This document shows, piece by piece, positions 10,020-18,840 of a stretch of DNA of 64,000 nucleotides (its first letter is position 1; each line of letters opens with the position of its first letter). Below the pieces are notes generated by a model. The model was not told the origin of the DNA. It worked only from the letters and a program-made list of their open reading frames with translations, and ran no database searches. The stretch spans positions 1 to 64,000 of the forward strand of contig JABWCP010000013.1 of the NCBI GenBank assembly GCA_013360215.1, given 5' to 3'. The stretch comes from a bacterium (GTDB lineage Bacteria > CLD3 > SB21). The position numbers and the translations under genes were made by a program.

Positions 10020-12413
10020 TCAATCGTTTTTCAAAACGACCACGGTGACACCCGTATCCCCTTCGCCGTACTGCCCCAACCGATAGGAATCAATTCGGCG
10101 GTCTCGTTTTAAAAATTCATTAATACGATTTCTCAGTATGCCGGAGCCTTTGCCGTGGAGTAATGTCACTTCTCTGAACCCTAGTATTCCCGCATCGGTA
10201 AGATATTTATCTACTTCATACAGCGCTTCTTCGGCAGTCAAACCTCGTAAATCAAGTTCTTGCCCGATATCATCAGTATCCCATTGGATGGTCTGACGTG
10301 CGGGAGAAGAGTTTTTCTCACCGGCGTTTTGAGCAGGGGAAAGTTGGCGAGGGTCTATTTTAAGACGGATGGCTCCAACCGCGATAAGCGCCTGACCGCC
10401 GTTTCCGGGAGATTCGATGACCGTTCCTTCGATATCCATGTGCCGTATATAAACACGGTCGCCTTTTTTGACATGAAGCGGTTCAGATACGAATTCAGTT
10501 AAATTTTTTTCATCAGCTAAGGCTTGATCCGTGGCGAGCCGTTCGTTTTGTATGGAGGCTTTGGCAGATTTGATGGCTTCTTTGGAGGCCTCGGCTTTTT
10601 TGATTTCCAAAATCGCTGCTTCGATTTTTTTATTGGCTTCAGCCAGTACGCGTTGCTTCTCTTCTAAAATGGTCTGTTTAAGTGTGCGCTCCTTCTGCTT
10701 TAGTTCTTTGGACCGATCATTGTAAAACTTAACCATGCCTTCAAGCCCGGTTTTCTCGCGATTGATATCGGCCAGGTCGGTTTCATATTTTTTGACGCGG
10801 GATTGAAGATCATGTATCAGTGTTTCGAGTCGTAAGGCCTCGGTGCCGGATAAGCTTTTAGCGCGTTCGATGATATCAGGATGTAAACCGATACGCCTGG
10901 AAATTTCCATCGCATAGCTGCTGCCGGGAATACCCGGTCTGAAAACGTAGGTCGGTTCTAACGTAGCTTGATCAAATTCCATGGAGCCGTTTTCAACACC
11001 CGGCGTATTATGAGCAAACGCTTTCAATTCGCCGTGATGCGTCGTTACGATCGACACGGCGCGGTGAGTGTTAAAATATTCAAGCAACGCAATAGCAAGA
11101 GAAGCGCCTTCTTTGGGATCGGTCCCACTTCCCATTTCGTCAATAAGAATCAGTGTTTGATCATCCAGTTGGGAAGCCATTTCGGACAAATGCTGCATAT
11201 GCGAGGAGAAAGTGGAGAGATCGTTTTCGATGGACTGATCGTCGCCGATGTCGGCAAAAAGTCTGGTAAAAAGACTCAGTTCGCTGTCAAATCCGCACGG
11301 AATCAACAAACCGCATTGCGTCATCAATACGAAAAGTCCGACGGTCTTGAGGGCAACGGTTTTTCCACCGGCATTGGGACCGGAAATAATGAGTGTACGA
11401 AAATTTTTTCCGATCTCTATATCCAGCGGTATCACGGGACGCCTTTGATCCGGCATCTTCTGATTTTCTTTATGCAGCAGCAGCGGGTGAAATCCTTTTT
11501 TAATTCGAATGTATCCGCTGGTATTGAGTTTGGGTTTGATGCCTTGAAGCGCATTACAAAACCGTGCTTTGGCGTACAAAAATTCGATCATGGTTGCAAT
11601 GTCGATGTTTTCATTCAGCGCGTGACGGTCTGTGCGAATCGCATCGGCGATATCGATCAAAATGCGTTCGACTTCTCTTTGTTCGTCGATGAGTAAACGG
11701 CGCATTTCATTGTTGAGTTCGAGCCCCTCGGCCGGTTCAATGAAAACTGTTTGACCGCTGGACGACGTATCATGCACAAAACCGCGAACGGTATTCTTAT
11801 ATTCATCCTTAACAGGTATGACCATGCGCCCGTCGCGCATAGTTACGATAGCCTCCTGTGAATATCCGGCATCGGCAAATTGCCTGGCAAGAGATTCTAG
11901 TTTTTTTCGAAGACTGTGCGATTTGTTGTCAATATCGCGACGCAATTGGCGCAGCTTCGGACTGGCGTGATCTTTGATGTTGCCGTGATCGTCGATCGCA
12001 TGATGAATGGCATCTTCGATAGTTCGCAGATCGTGCAACGTATCCGTGTTGCGCGAAAGCAAAGGGTATTTTTCATGGCGATGGCGTACATAATTTTTTA
12101 TTTTGCGTGTCGTTTCGACAAATCGTGCTACAAGCAATAAATCGGATGAAGGTAAAAAAGTTCCGTGCGAATGGATGCGATCTAAAAGTTGACGTATATC
12201 GGTCAAGGTATCAATCGGAAATGTATCATCATAACGCAATAGGTCAGCCATTTCGACCAACATATCCAAACGTTTTTCGATCAAATCCGCATCCGTCATG
12301 GGTTTCATAGCCTGGACACAGGCGTCCGCCATAGGTGTGAGCACACATTGGCGAATCAATTCTTTGAGTTTATCAAACTCGAGCGGCTGTATATCAAAAT
12401 GTGTCGTCATCAC
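10020..12413 (-). CDS. mutS2: Endonuclease / ribosome-rescue factor MutS2
   Basis: GPNAGGKT Walker A, DIGDDQSIENDLSTFSSHM, DEMGSGTDP, coiled coil, C-terminal Smr domain (LDLRG...HGKGSG). Confidence 0.96.
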   Translation of the reverse strand: MMTTHFDIQPLEFDKLKELIRQCVLTPMADACVQAMKPMTDADLIEKRLDMLVEMADLLRYDDTFPIDTLTDIRQLLDRIHSHGTFLPSSDLLLVARFVETTRKIKNYVRHRHEKYPLLSRNTDTLHDLRTIEDAIHHAIDDHGNIKDHASPKLRQLRRDIDNKSHSLRKKLESLARQFADAGYSQEAIVTMRDGRMVIPVKDEYKNTVRGFVHDTSSSGQTVFIEPAEGLELNNEMRRLLIDEQREVERILIDIADAIRTDRHALNENIDIATMIEFLYAKARFCNALQGIKPKLNTSGYIRIKKGFHPLLLHKENQKMPDQRRPVIPLDIEIGKNFRTLIISGPNAGGKTVALKTVGLFVLMTQCGLLIPCGFDSELSLFTRLFADIGDDQSIENDLSTFSSHMQHLSEMASQLDDQTLILIDEMGSGTDPKEGASLAIALLEYFNTHRAVSIVTTHHGELKAFAHNTPGVENGSMEFDQATLEPTYVFRPGIPGSSYAMEISRRIGLHPDIIERAKSLSGTEALRLETLIHDLQSRVKKYETDLADINREKTGLEGMVKFYNDRSKELKQKERTLKQTILEEKQRVLAEANKKIEAAILEIKKAEASKEAIKSAKASIQNERLATDQALADEKNLTEFVSEPLHVKKGDRVYIRHMDIEGTVIESPGNGGQALIAVGAIRLKIDPRQLSPAQNAGEKNSSPARQTIQWDTDDIGQELDLRGLTAEEALYEVDKYLTDAGILGFREVTLLHGKGSGILRNRINEFLKRDRRIDSYRLGQYGEGDTGVTVVVLKND

Positions 12414-13652
12414 TCAAAGTATGGAAACGATTAATTGATGGAGGTGATCGCGATCCAACATGACGGCATCCACGGTGTCGTTTTTGTCTTTATCTCCGTC
12501 GTTTTCCGGTATATCGAGGAGCGCTTGTGCATAAGCCATATGCGAGAGAACGCCGGAACTTTGTTCGCCGGATAATGAAGCCTTGATCTGACCATCATCA
12601 ATATAAAGGCGCGCTCTCAAAAAATGCCGAAGCCCGGGTTTTTTGGAAACAGGGTGATCCAAACGGACCGGAATGCGCAAAATCGGCGACGGTTGACTTG
12701 CCATGCGGGCTATTGCTGGTGTCACATACAGTTCGAAGCATACAAGCGAACTCACCGGGTTTCCCGGTAATCCGAAAAACAATTTCCCCCCTTTTGATCC
12801 GAAAACCATAGGTTTTCCCGGTTTTTGCCGGATTTTCCAAAAATGGATTTTTATGCCCGCTTTTTCAACTGCTTGGCGCACATAATCTTTTTCGCCCATG
12901 GATACGCCGCCCGTTGTGATGATGACGTCTGCTTTTAATGCTTTTTGTATTTGAGCTGCGATGGCTTTGGGTGTATCGCGCGCAATTCCCAGATTGATTA
13001 CGGGGTAACCGGCTTTTTGTAATAAAGCGGTCAAGGCAAAATGTGTGCTGGCGCGTATCTTGCCGGGTTTTAGTTTTTCTTCAACGGATAACAATTCGTC
13101 ACCGGTCGCAAGCAATGCGATGGTCGGTTTGGTTTGAATACGAATTTTTGATTTTCCGATAGACGCTAAAACACCAAGATCATAAGGTCGTATGATGTGA
13201 TCGCGTGAAAAAACGATCTGGTTTTTCTGAATATCGGATCCGGCTTTACGGATGTGGTCACCTTCGTGGGCCGGTTTTTCTATATGAACCCATTGGCCGT
13301 CGCGACGCGTATGCTCTACCATGACGATAGCTGTCGTTCCTCGCGGAACAGGCGCACCGGTCATGATTTGAATAGCTGTTCCGGGGGTCAATTTTTTTGT
13401 TGATACATTGCCGGCATGAACTGTGTCCAAAACCTTTAGCATACACGGTTGTTTGGTTTTGCTTGTATCGGAAGCAATTACAGCGTAACCGTCAACACCA
13501 CTATTATCCCAAGGTGGTATCATTTCGCGGGACACGATATTTTCTGCGAGGGCATAACCGCAGGCATCCGTAAAAGGTGCCGTTCTGATCGCAAGCGGTT
13601 TAACTTTGGATAATATGGTGTCCAGCGCTTCATCAACGGATATCATAGTCAC
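12414..13652 (-). CDS. moeA: Molybdopterin molybdenumtransferase (gephyrin-like)
   Basis: PPWDNSGVDGYA, IMTGAPVP, TGDEL, TTGGVSMGEKD, KPGKP, GLPGNPVS. Confidence 0.95.
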   Translation of the reverse strand: MTMISVDEALDTILSKVKPLAIRTAPFTDACGYALAENIVSREMIPPWDNSGVDGYAVIASDTSKTKQPCMLKVLDTVHAGNVSTKKLTPGTAIQIMTGAPVPRGTTAIVMVEHTRRDGQWVHIEKPAHEGDHIRKAGSDIQKNQIVFSRDHIIRPYDLGVLASIGKSKIRIQTKPTIALLATGDELLSVEEKLKPGKIRASTHFALTALLQKAGYPVINLGIARDTPKAIAAQIQKALKADVIITTGGVSMGEKDYVRQAVEKAGIKIHFWKIRQKPGKPMVFGSKGGKLFFGLPGNPVSSLVCFELYVTPAIARMASQPSPILRIPVRLDHPVSKKPGLRHFLRARLYIDDGQIKASLSGEQSSGVLSHMAYAQALLDIPENDGDKDKNDTVDAVMLDRDHLHQLIVSIL

Positions 13653-14055
13653 TCCGGATAAATTGATAATTACTGATTTTCCCGCCGCTATCGTTTTTCA
13701 GTGTTATCCGAAACAAACTTTCCTGAAAACCGCCCGTAGCATCCCGATCAAGAAGTACTAAATCATAAATCATAGTACCGGTAGAGTCCGGTATTGAATC
13801 TTTAACATAAAACTCCGATATCGAAATGTCAGGCTCTTTCCATATATCGGGAAGCTGTCGTTCAAAAGAGGACGCATTAAGTATTTTAGAGCGAGCGGCA
13901 TCGGTACAATGAACAAGGGCGGCGTCCCATTTTCGATGAAAATAGGAGTGCGTAAATTGGCGGACTCGACGGGACGGTGAATCTTCGGTAGGTGGGGTAC
14001 AGGCCTTAATCAGCGAAAAAACTGCGATTAAAATAATTCCACAAAATCGTATCAC
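13633..14055 (-). CDS. Hypothetical lipoprotein
   Basis: Hydrophobic N-terminus ending in KAC; overlaps era and moeA as in a coupled operon. Confidence 0.7.
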   Translation of the reverse strand: MIRFCGIILIAVFSLIKACTPPTEDSPSRRVRQFTHSYFHRKWDAALVHCTDAARSKILNASSFERQLPDIWKEPDISISEFYVKDSIPDSTGTMIYDLVLLDRDATGGFQESLFRITLKNDSGGKISNYQFIRSDYDIR

Positions 14056-14978
14056 CGGTATCCCAAACTCCGGAGCATAGCATCGTTACTGCGCCATTCT
14101 TCTTTTACTTTCACCCACAATTCTAAAAAAACCTGACGATCAAGAAAGGTTTCAATATCTTTGCGTGCCGTTTCACCGATACGTTTGAGCGCTTCGCCTT
14201 TTTTTCCAATTAAAATTGCTTTTTGTGAATCACGCTCGACTATGATTATGGCTCGAATAAGATCTTTGCCGCGTTCTCTTTCTTTAAATTCTTCGATGAC
14301 CACTTCCGTCGAATAAGGAACCTCTTGTGTGTAATGGAGAAAAATTTTTTCACGAATTATCTCCGCTACAAAAAAGCGTTCGGGTTGTTCGGTCAACGCA
14401 TCAGGCGGATAAAATGGCGGGTTCAACGGCAGGTATTTGAAAAGCACTTGTTTCATTTGTTCCACACCGTCATTTTCGAGCGCCGATATAGGGATGACCT
14501 CTTTGAAAAATCCGGTCTTGATATACGCATCCATCATCGGAAGTAATTCCGGTTTGGCCATACGATCCACTTTGTTGATCGCCAAAATTTTGGGAATATC
14601 GGAATGTAGAAGTTTGGTTTTAAACAGTTCTTGTACAAAATCGGATTCGGCTTTTGAAGTTCCGTCGATCATGATAAGCAGCACATCGGCTGCTTCCATG
14701 GATTGGTCCGCTATTTTCATCATGGCCGTTTGTAGAGCGTATTGCGGTGCAATGAGCCCGGGGGTGTCCAAAAAAATGGCCTGTGTATCGGGTTCGTTGA
14801 GTATGCCAAGAACACGCTGGCGAGTCGTTTGAGGTTTGGGCGTGACAATGCTTAGTTTGACATGCAAAAGCTGATTCATCAGCGTGGACTTGCCGACATT
14901 GGGGCGACCGATAATCGCCACATATCCGCAGCGCATCATAGCGGATGGTTGCTCGCCTAGGTTGTTCGTTTCATTCAT
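14052..14978 (-). CDS. era: GTPase Era
   Basis: GRPNVGKST, QTTR, DTPG, NKVD, C-terminal KH (IGKKGEALKRIG). Confidence 0.97.
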   Translation of the reverse strand: MNETNNLGEQPSAMMRCGYVAIIGRPNVGKSTLMNQLLHVKLSIVTPKPQTTRQRVLGILNEPDTQAIFLDTPGLIAPQYALQTAMMKIADQSMEAADVLLIMIDGTSKAESDFVQELFKTKLLHSDIPKILAINKVDRMAKPELLPMMDAYIKTGFFKEVIPISALENDGVEQMKQVLFKYLPLNPPFYPPDALTEQPERFFVAEIIREKIFLHYTQEVPYSTEVVIEEFKERERGKDLIRAIIIVERDSQKAILIGKKGEALKRIGETARKDIETFLDRQVFLELWVKVKEEWRSNDAMLRSLGYR

Positions 14979-14982
14979 GATA

Positions 14983-16332
14983 TCAACGCCTCAGGTAGAG
15001 ATAACTTTCAAATTCTTGACGATTCATCAATTCATAGTCTCCGATCTGGTTGATATCCACAAATAACAATTTAAGGTTGGCCTGATAATAATACCAAATT
15101 TCGTAAGGTTTGTCGTTGTTATCAAAAGGGTGTCGCTCTATATCATCCGGAGCTTCCAAAATAATAAAAACCATGCCCCGATCCGTATCCCAACCCTCAC
15201 GGTATCCTGATGTAAAATATCGGTTGGCATAATCGACACGACGAAAATATTCTTCCATGATTTCGTTACGCTCAGTGCCGGGTGTAGGGTCTTTTGCCCG
15301 CCAGAAATTTTCAAAAAAATCGGCTTTTTCTTTCTGCGTTCCTTTGAGAATTTTATCGGTACTCAAGTTTCTCCCGACATGACGCATTTGTTTGATGGCG
15401 ACATCCAAATCAAAGGCTGTTGCCGATAACGACGGCGCGGTAAACGTTGATAGCCGCACGTCAAATATCGCTTTGGAGGTTGCGCGAACACCGTTTTTGC
15501 CGTATACCATCACGTCTAAAACATATTTGCCGAAGCTCACTTTATTTTTATCAATCTCGATCGAACTGAATGTCTGAAATTGATTGACCTCACGGACGGT
15601 GGAATCTTCCGTTACAATTTTTTGGTTTTTATCGAAGACACGATAGCGAATGCGAACCGGTTCATTTTCCTCCGGGAGATTTCCGGTGGAGTCGCGGTTT
15701 TTCCAGGCATATTTGGAATTGTAGATTTCAAAATACACGGCATATTTTTTAAATTCATTATCAAAGCTTTTGAATACATTTGGGAGAATATGTATGATAT
15801 CGTCCACACTGTCTTTTTGAATTTTATCGGCAAAAAGCAGATCACTTATGCCGATTGATTTTTCTCGAAAAGTGCGCACTGGGAGGCTTAGTTTACGCTG
15901 ACCGAATTTTTGTGTTTCTTTATCCGTGATAACAACGGTAAGAATGTATTCACCCGGATCGATATTGAGCGTCAGGCGGCTAAAATGGAATCGCAGATCG
16001 GAAAGTGTTTCTTCATAATGTTCGGTAACGATCTCTTTATCTTGTATCTCGCGAAGCACTACGTTGCCTTTTTTGTCGGCTAACGTATAATTGACTTCAT
16101 ACTGCGAACGGAAGAGTACCTGATTGTACCGTGCAAATAACAATTCGCTATAAGCGATTTTGATAAAAATTTCCACTCGTCCTTTGGTGGTGTCTTTGGC
16201 TGCTACATTGGCTGCATCCAAAAAGAAAAAAGGGCCGCCACCGGTTTTGCCCATGTTCGCTTGTCCCCGCAGCGCACAGCTACCTAAAAAGGTGAGCACG
16301 ATAAGGCTTAAAATTCGTTTCAAATTGACCAC
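14983..16332 (-). CDS. GWxTD domain-containing lipoprotein
   Basis: Lipobox LGSC; FWRAKDPTPGTERNE, GWDTDRGMVFI, YEIWYY. Confidence 0.88.
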   Translation of the reverse strand: MVNLKRILSLIVLTFLGSCALRGQANMGKTGGGPFFFLDAANVAAKDTTKGRVEIFIKIAYSELLFARYNQVLFRSQYEVNYTLADKKGNVVLREIQDKEIVTEHYEETLSDLRFHFSRLTLNIDPGEYILTVVITDKETQKFGQRKLSLPVRTFREKSIGISDLLFADKIQKDSVDDIIHILPNVFKSFDNEFKKYAVYFEIYNSKYAWKNRDSTGNLPEENEPVRIRYRVFDKNQKIVTEDSTVREVNQFQTFSSIEIDKNKVSFGKYVLDVMVYGKNGVRATSKAIFDVRLSTFTAPSLSATAFDLDVAIKQMRHVGRNLSTDKILKGTQKEKADFFENFWRAKDPTPGTERNEIMEEYFRRVDYANRYFTSGYREGWDTDRGMVFIILEAPDDIERHPFDNNDKPYEIWYYYQANLKLLFVDINQIGDYELMNRQEFESYLYLRR

Positions 16333-16401
16333 TCCTTGAGCTTAGATGAGGTTATGATATATGTCCCACAATACATATCGTTTAAAAGTTAACGCTAATC
16401 T

Positions 16402-17787
16402 CTATAACGCTTCAGCATACAAGTCGTATTCCGTCGCGTCGGTGATTTTTACATCAACGAATTGTCCCGGTTTTAATTTCCGGGATGAAGTAATAATTAC
16501 TTCATTGTCTATTTCCGGAGCGTCCGACATAGTCCGACCAATATAGTGCTCGTTGTTCTGGGTATCAATCATCACACGAAATGTTTTATCAATTTTTTCC
16601 ATGTTATGGGCGTGAGAAATTTCACGCTGTATTTCCATCAAACGATTAAAACGTTCTTTTTTTACGGGTTCTTCGACTTGAGGTTCCAAATCATACGCGT
16701 AGGTGCCTTCCTCTTGCGAATAAATAAATACACCAAGCCGATCGAACTGAAATTCGCGAACGAAATCACACAATTCTTCAAAGTCCGCTTCGGTTTCTCC
16801 GGGATAACCGACGATCATAGATGTGCGTAGGGCGACATCGGGCATGCGTGCTTTGATTTTATAAAGCAGGTCGGTGGTTTGTTTTTTTCCGGTATTACGA
16901 CGCATTGTTTTCAGTATGCGATCGGAAATATGCTGAACGGGCATGTCAATATATTTACAGATTTTGGGATGCGTTGCGATGGTTTCGATCAAGGCATCGG
17001 AAAATAAGGATGGATACAAATACATAACGCGTATCCATTCGATGCCGCGCACTTCACCCAAAGCATGCAATAGTTCGATCAGGTGTTTGTTCTGTCGGAG
17101 ATTAGGGGCACTGCGATCAAAATCATATCCGTAAGATGAGGTGTCTTGGGAAACGCAGATCAGTTCTTTAACGCCGAGCGAGGCTAATTTTTCGGCTTCA
17201 GCGACATTGTCAGTGATGGATTTGCTGTCGAGATTACCGCGAATCAGTGGGATATAACAAAACCCGCAACGCTGGTTACAACCTTCGGATATTTTGAGGT
17301 AGGCGTAGTGGCGCTGGTTGAGAAGAATGCGTTCGGTAAACAAAACTTGCTGATAATGCCCTTCAATGCGCTCGGTGATTTTGTCAAACTGGTGTACGCC
17401 GAAAAAAGCATCAACTTCCGGCATTTCGGCGGCTAATTCTTTCGGATAGCGCTCTGATAAACACCCGGCAACAATGATTTCTTTGGTAATTCCTTTTTTG
17501 GCGGCACGTTTTTTGAGTTCGATCGCTTCGAGTATAGTTTGAATAGATTCTTGTTTGGCGCTTTCGATGAAACCGCAGGTATTGATTACGATCGTATCGG
17601 CGTCCTCGGCTTTATCTACGATACGCGTATGCTTCAGGTTGCCCAAAATGACTTCGGAGTCCACTTGATTTTTGGGGCATCCAAGTGAAACGATATTCAC
17701 TTTTTTTTGTTTATTGGAACGTGGTGCGCGTTGCCTTGAAGCTTCGCCGAGTACCGGCAAAGTTATACGTTTTGATGTGGTTGACAT
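16402..17787 (-). CDS. rimO: Ribosomal protein uS12 methylthiotransferase RimO
   Basis: SLGCPKNQVDSE, NTCGFI, radical-SAM CNQRCGFC, APEID TRAM domain; start at ATG 17787 with GGAAAGG RBS. Confidence 0.95.
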   Translation of the reverse strand: MSTTSKRITLPVLGEASRQRAPRSNKQKKVNIVSLGCPKNQVDSEVILGNLKHTRIVDKAEDADTIVINTCGFIESAKQESIQTILEAIELKKRAAKKGITKEIIVAGCLSERYPKELAAEMPEVDAFFGVHQFDKITERIEGHYQQVLFTERILLNQRHYAYLKISEGCNQRCGFCYIPLIRGNLDSKSITDNVAEAEKLASLGVKELICVSQDTSSYGYDFDRSAPNLRQNKHLIELLHALGEVRGIEWIRVMYLYPSLFSDALIETIATHPKICKYIDMPVQHISDRILKTMRRNTGKKQTTDLLYKIKARMPDVALRTSMIVGYPGETEADFEELCDFVREFQFDRLGVFIYSQEEGTYAYDLEPQVEEPVKKERFNRLMEIQREISHAHNMEKIDKTFRVMIDTQNNEHYIGRTMSDAPEIDNEVIITSSRKLKPGQFVDVKITDATEYDLYAEAL

Positions 17788-18022
17788 GGGTTCCTTTCCG
17801 TCGGCCAACATAACCAAAACACCTCTGAAAGTCAACGAAGATGGGTTAAAGGAAAAACAAGAATCTCTTAGCTCCATCAGTCCCAAAAAATCATTCAATC
17901 GATCAAGTATCAACGCATTTATGTTTGGTTCCGTTTTAATTAAATCTTGAAATTCTTTACACGAAAATGGTTGAAATAAATAACTAAAAAGAGTGCTTTA
18001 GGCTCGTTTCAAAAAAATTACC

Positions 18023-18051
18023 TTGACAATGGATCGTTCTCGTATTATTTT
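18023..18051 (+). promoter_or_regulatory. Putative sigma70 promoter of the tetR gene
   Basis: TTGACA (18023) + 17 bp + TATTTT (18046). Confidence 0.6.
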
Positions 18052-18076
18052 AACAGTGTTTAGTAAACGATGTTTA
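18050..18076. promoter_or_regulatory. Tandem TetR operator-like palindromes
   Basis: TTAACAGTGTTTA and TAAACGATGTTTA, near-copies of the perfect TAAACAGTGTTTA at 18752. Confidence 0.7.
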
Positions 18077-18088
18077 ATTAATATTAAA

Positions 18089-18733
18089 ATGGCAAGACCA
18101 AAAGAAAGCGAAAGACAAGATATTAAAGCATTGGTGCTTAGGCATTCCAAAGCATTATTTCTGAAGCAAGGTTTTGCGAATGTTACTATGCGTGATATTG
18201 CGCGAGAAATTGGATACAGCCCGGCGGCTATTTATCTTTATTTCGACAACAAAGATCAAATTTATTACGAACTCTTCAACGAAGGTTTCCAAATTTTATA
18301 TAAACGTCAACTGGAAACCGCCCAACAAAGTTTCAATGATCCGATCGATGAATTGTACAGCATGGGCCAAGCGTACATACGTTTTGCGATGGATTTTCCC
18401 GAATATTACGATCTCATGTTTGTGATGCGGGAGCCGCGCAAATTTTTGGAACATTGTCTGAACGAAAACACCGGTGAACCGATAGGAACCGACTTTAGTG
18501 AAATGTCTTACAATCTGCTTCGTGCGACGATTAAAAAGTGTATTGATCAAGGCTATTTTAAAGGTTTTGATGTAGAGATCGCTTCGTTTACGACATGGGC
18601 CGCCGTACACGGTATGGCCACTTTGATTCTGCGTGGAATGCTCGTAGCTCCCGAAGAAATGAAGCCGATTATTTTTAATGGAGCGCATGAATGTTTGCAA
18701 GCTCTCATTAAAACAAGTAAACAAACAAAATAA
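18089..18733 (+). CDS. TetR/AcrR-family transcriptional regulator
   Basis: LFLKQGFANVTMRDIAREIGYSPAAIYLYFDNKD HTH; WAAVHG C-terminal motif. Confidence 0.95.
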   Translation: MARPKESERQDIKALVLRHSKALFLKQGFANVTMRDIAREIGYSPAAIYLYFDNKDQIYYELFNEGFQILYKRQLETAQQSFNDPIDELYSMGQAYIRFAMDFPEYYDLMFVMREPRKFLEHCLNENTGEPIGTDFSEMSYNLLRATIKKCIDQGYFKGFDVEIASFTTWAAVHGMATLILRGMLVAPEEMKPIIFNGAHECLQALIKTSKQTK

Positions 18734-18751
18734 AAATTTTTACCTCATAAC

Positions 18752-18764
18752 TAAACAGTGTTTA
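18752..18764. promoter_or_regulatory. TetR operator-like palindrome upstream of the TonB-dependent receptor
   Basis: Perfect TAAACA-G-TGTTTA. Confidence 0.7.
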
Positions 18765-18840
18765 TAAAAAATTAATAGACAAATCATTTTTTAATAGATA
18801 ATTACACATAAAAACTAAACATCATTCAGAAAGGGCTATT

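Noticed and set aside
17788-18088. N-terminal extensions of rimO and tetR in the ORF track
   Set aside because: They run through the divergent promoter region; the downstream ATGs fit the RBS (rimO) and the family starts better
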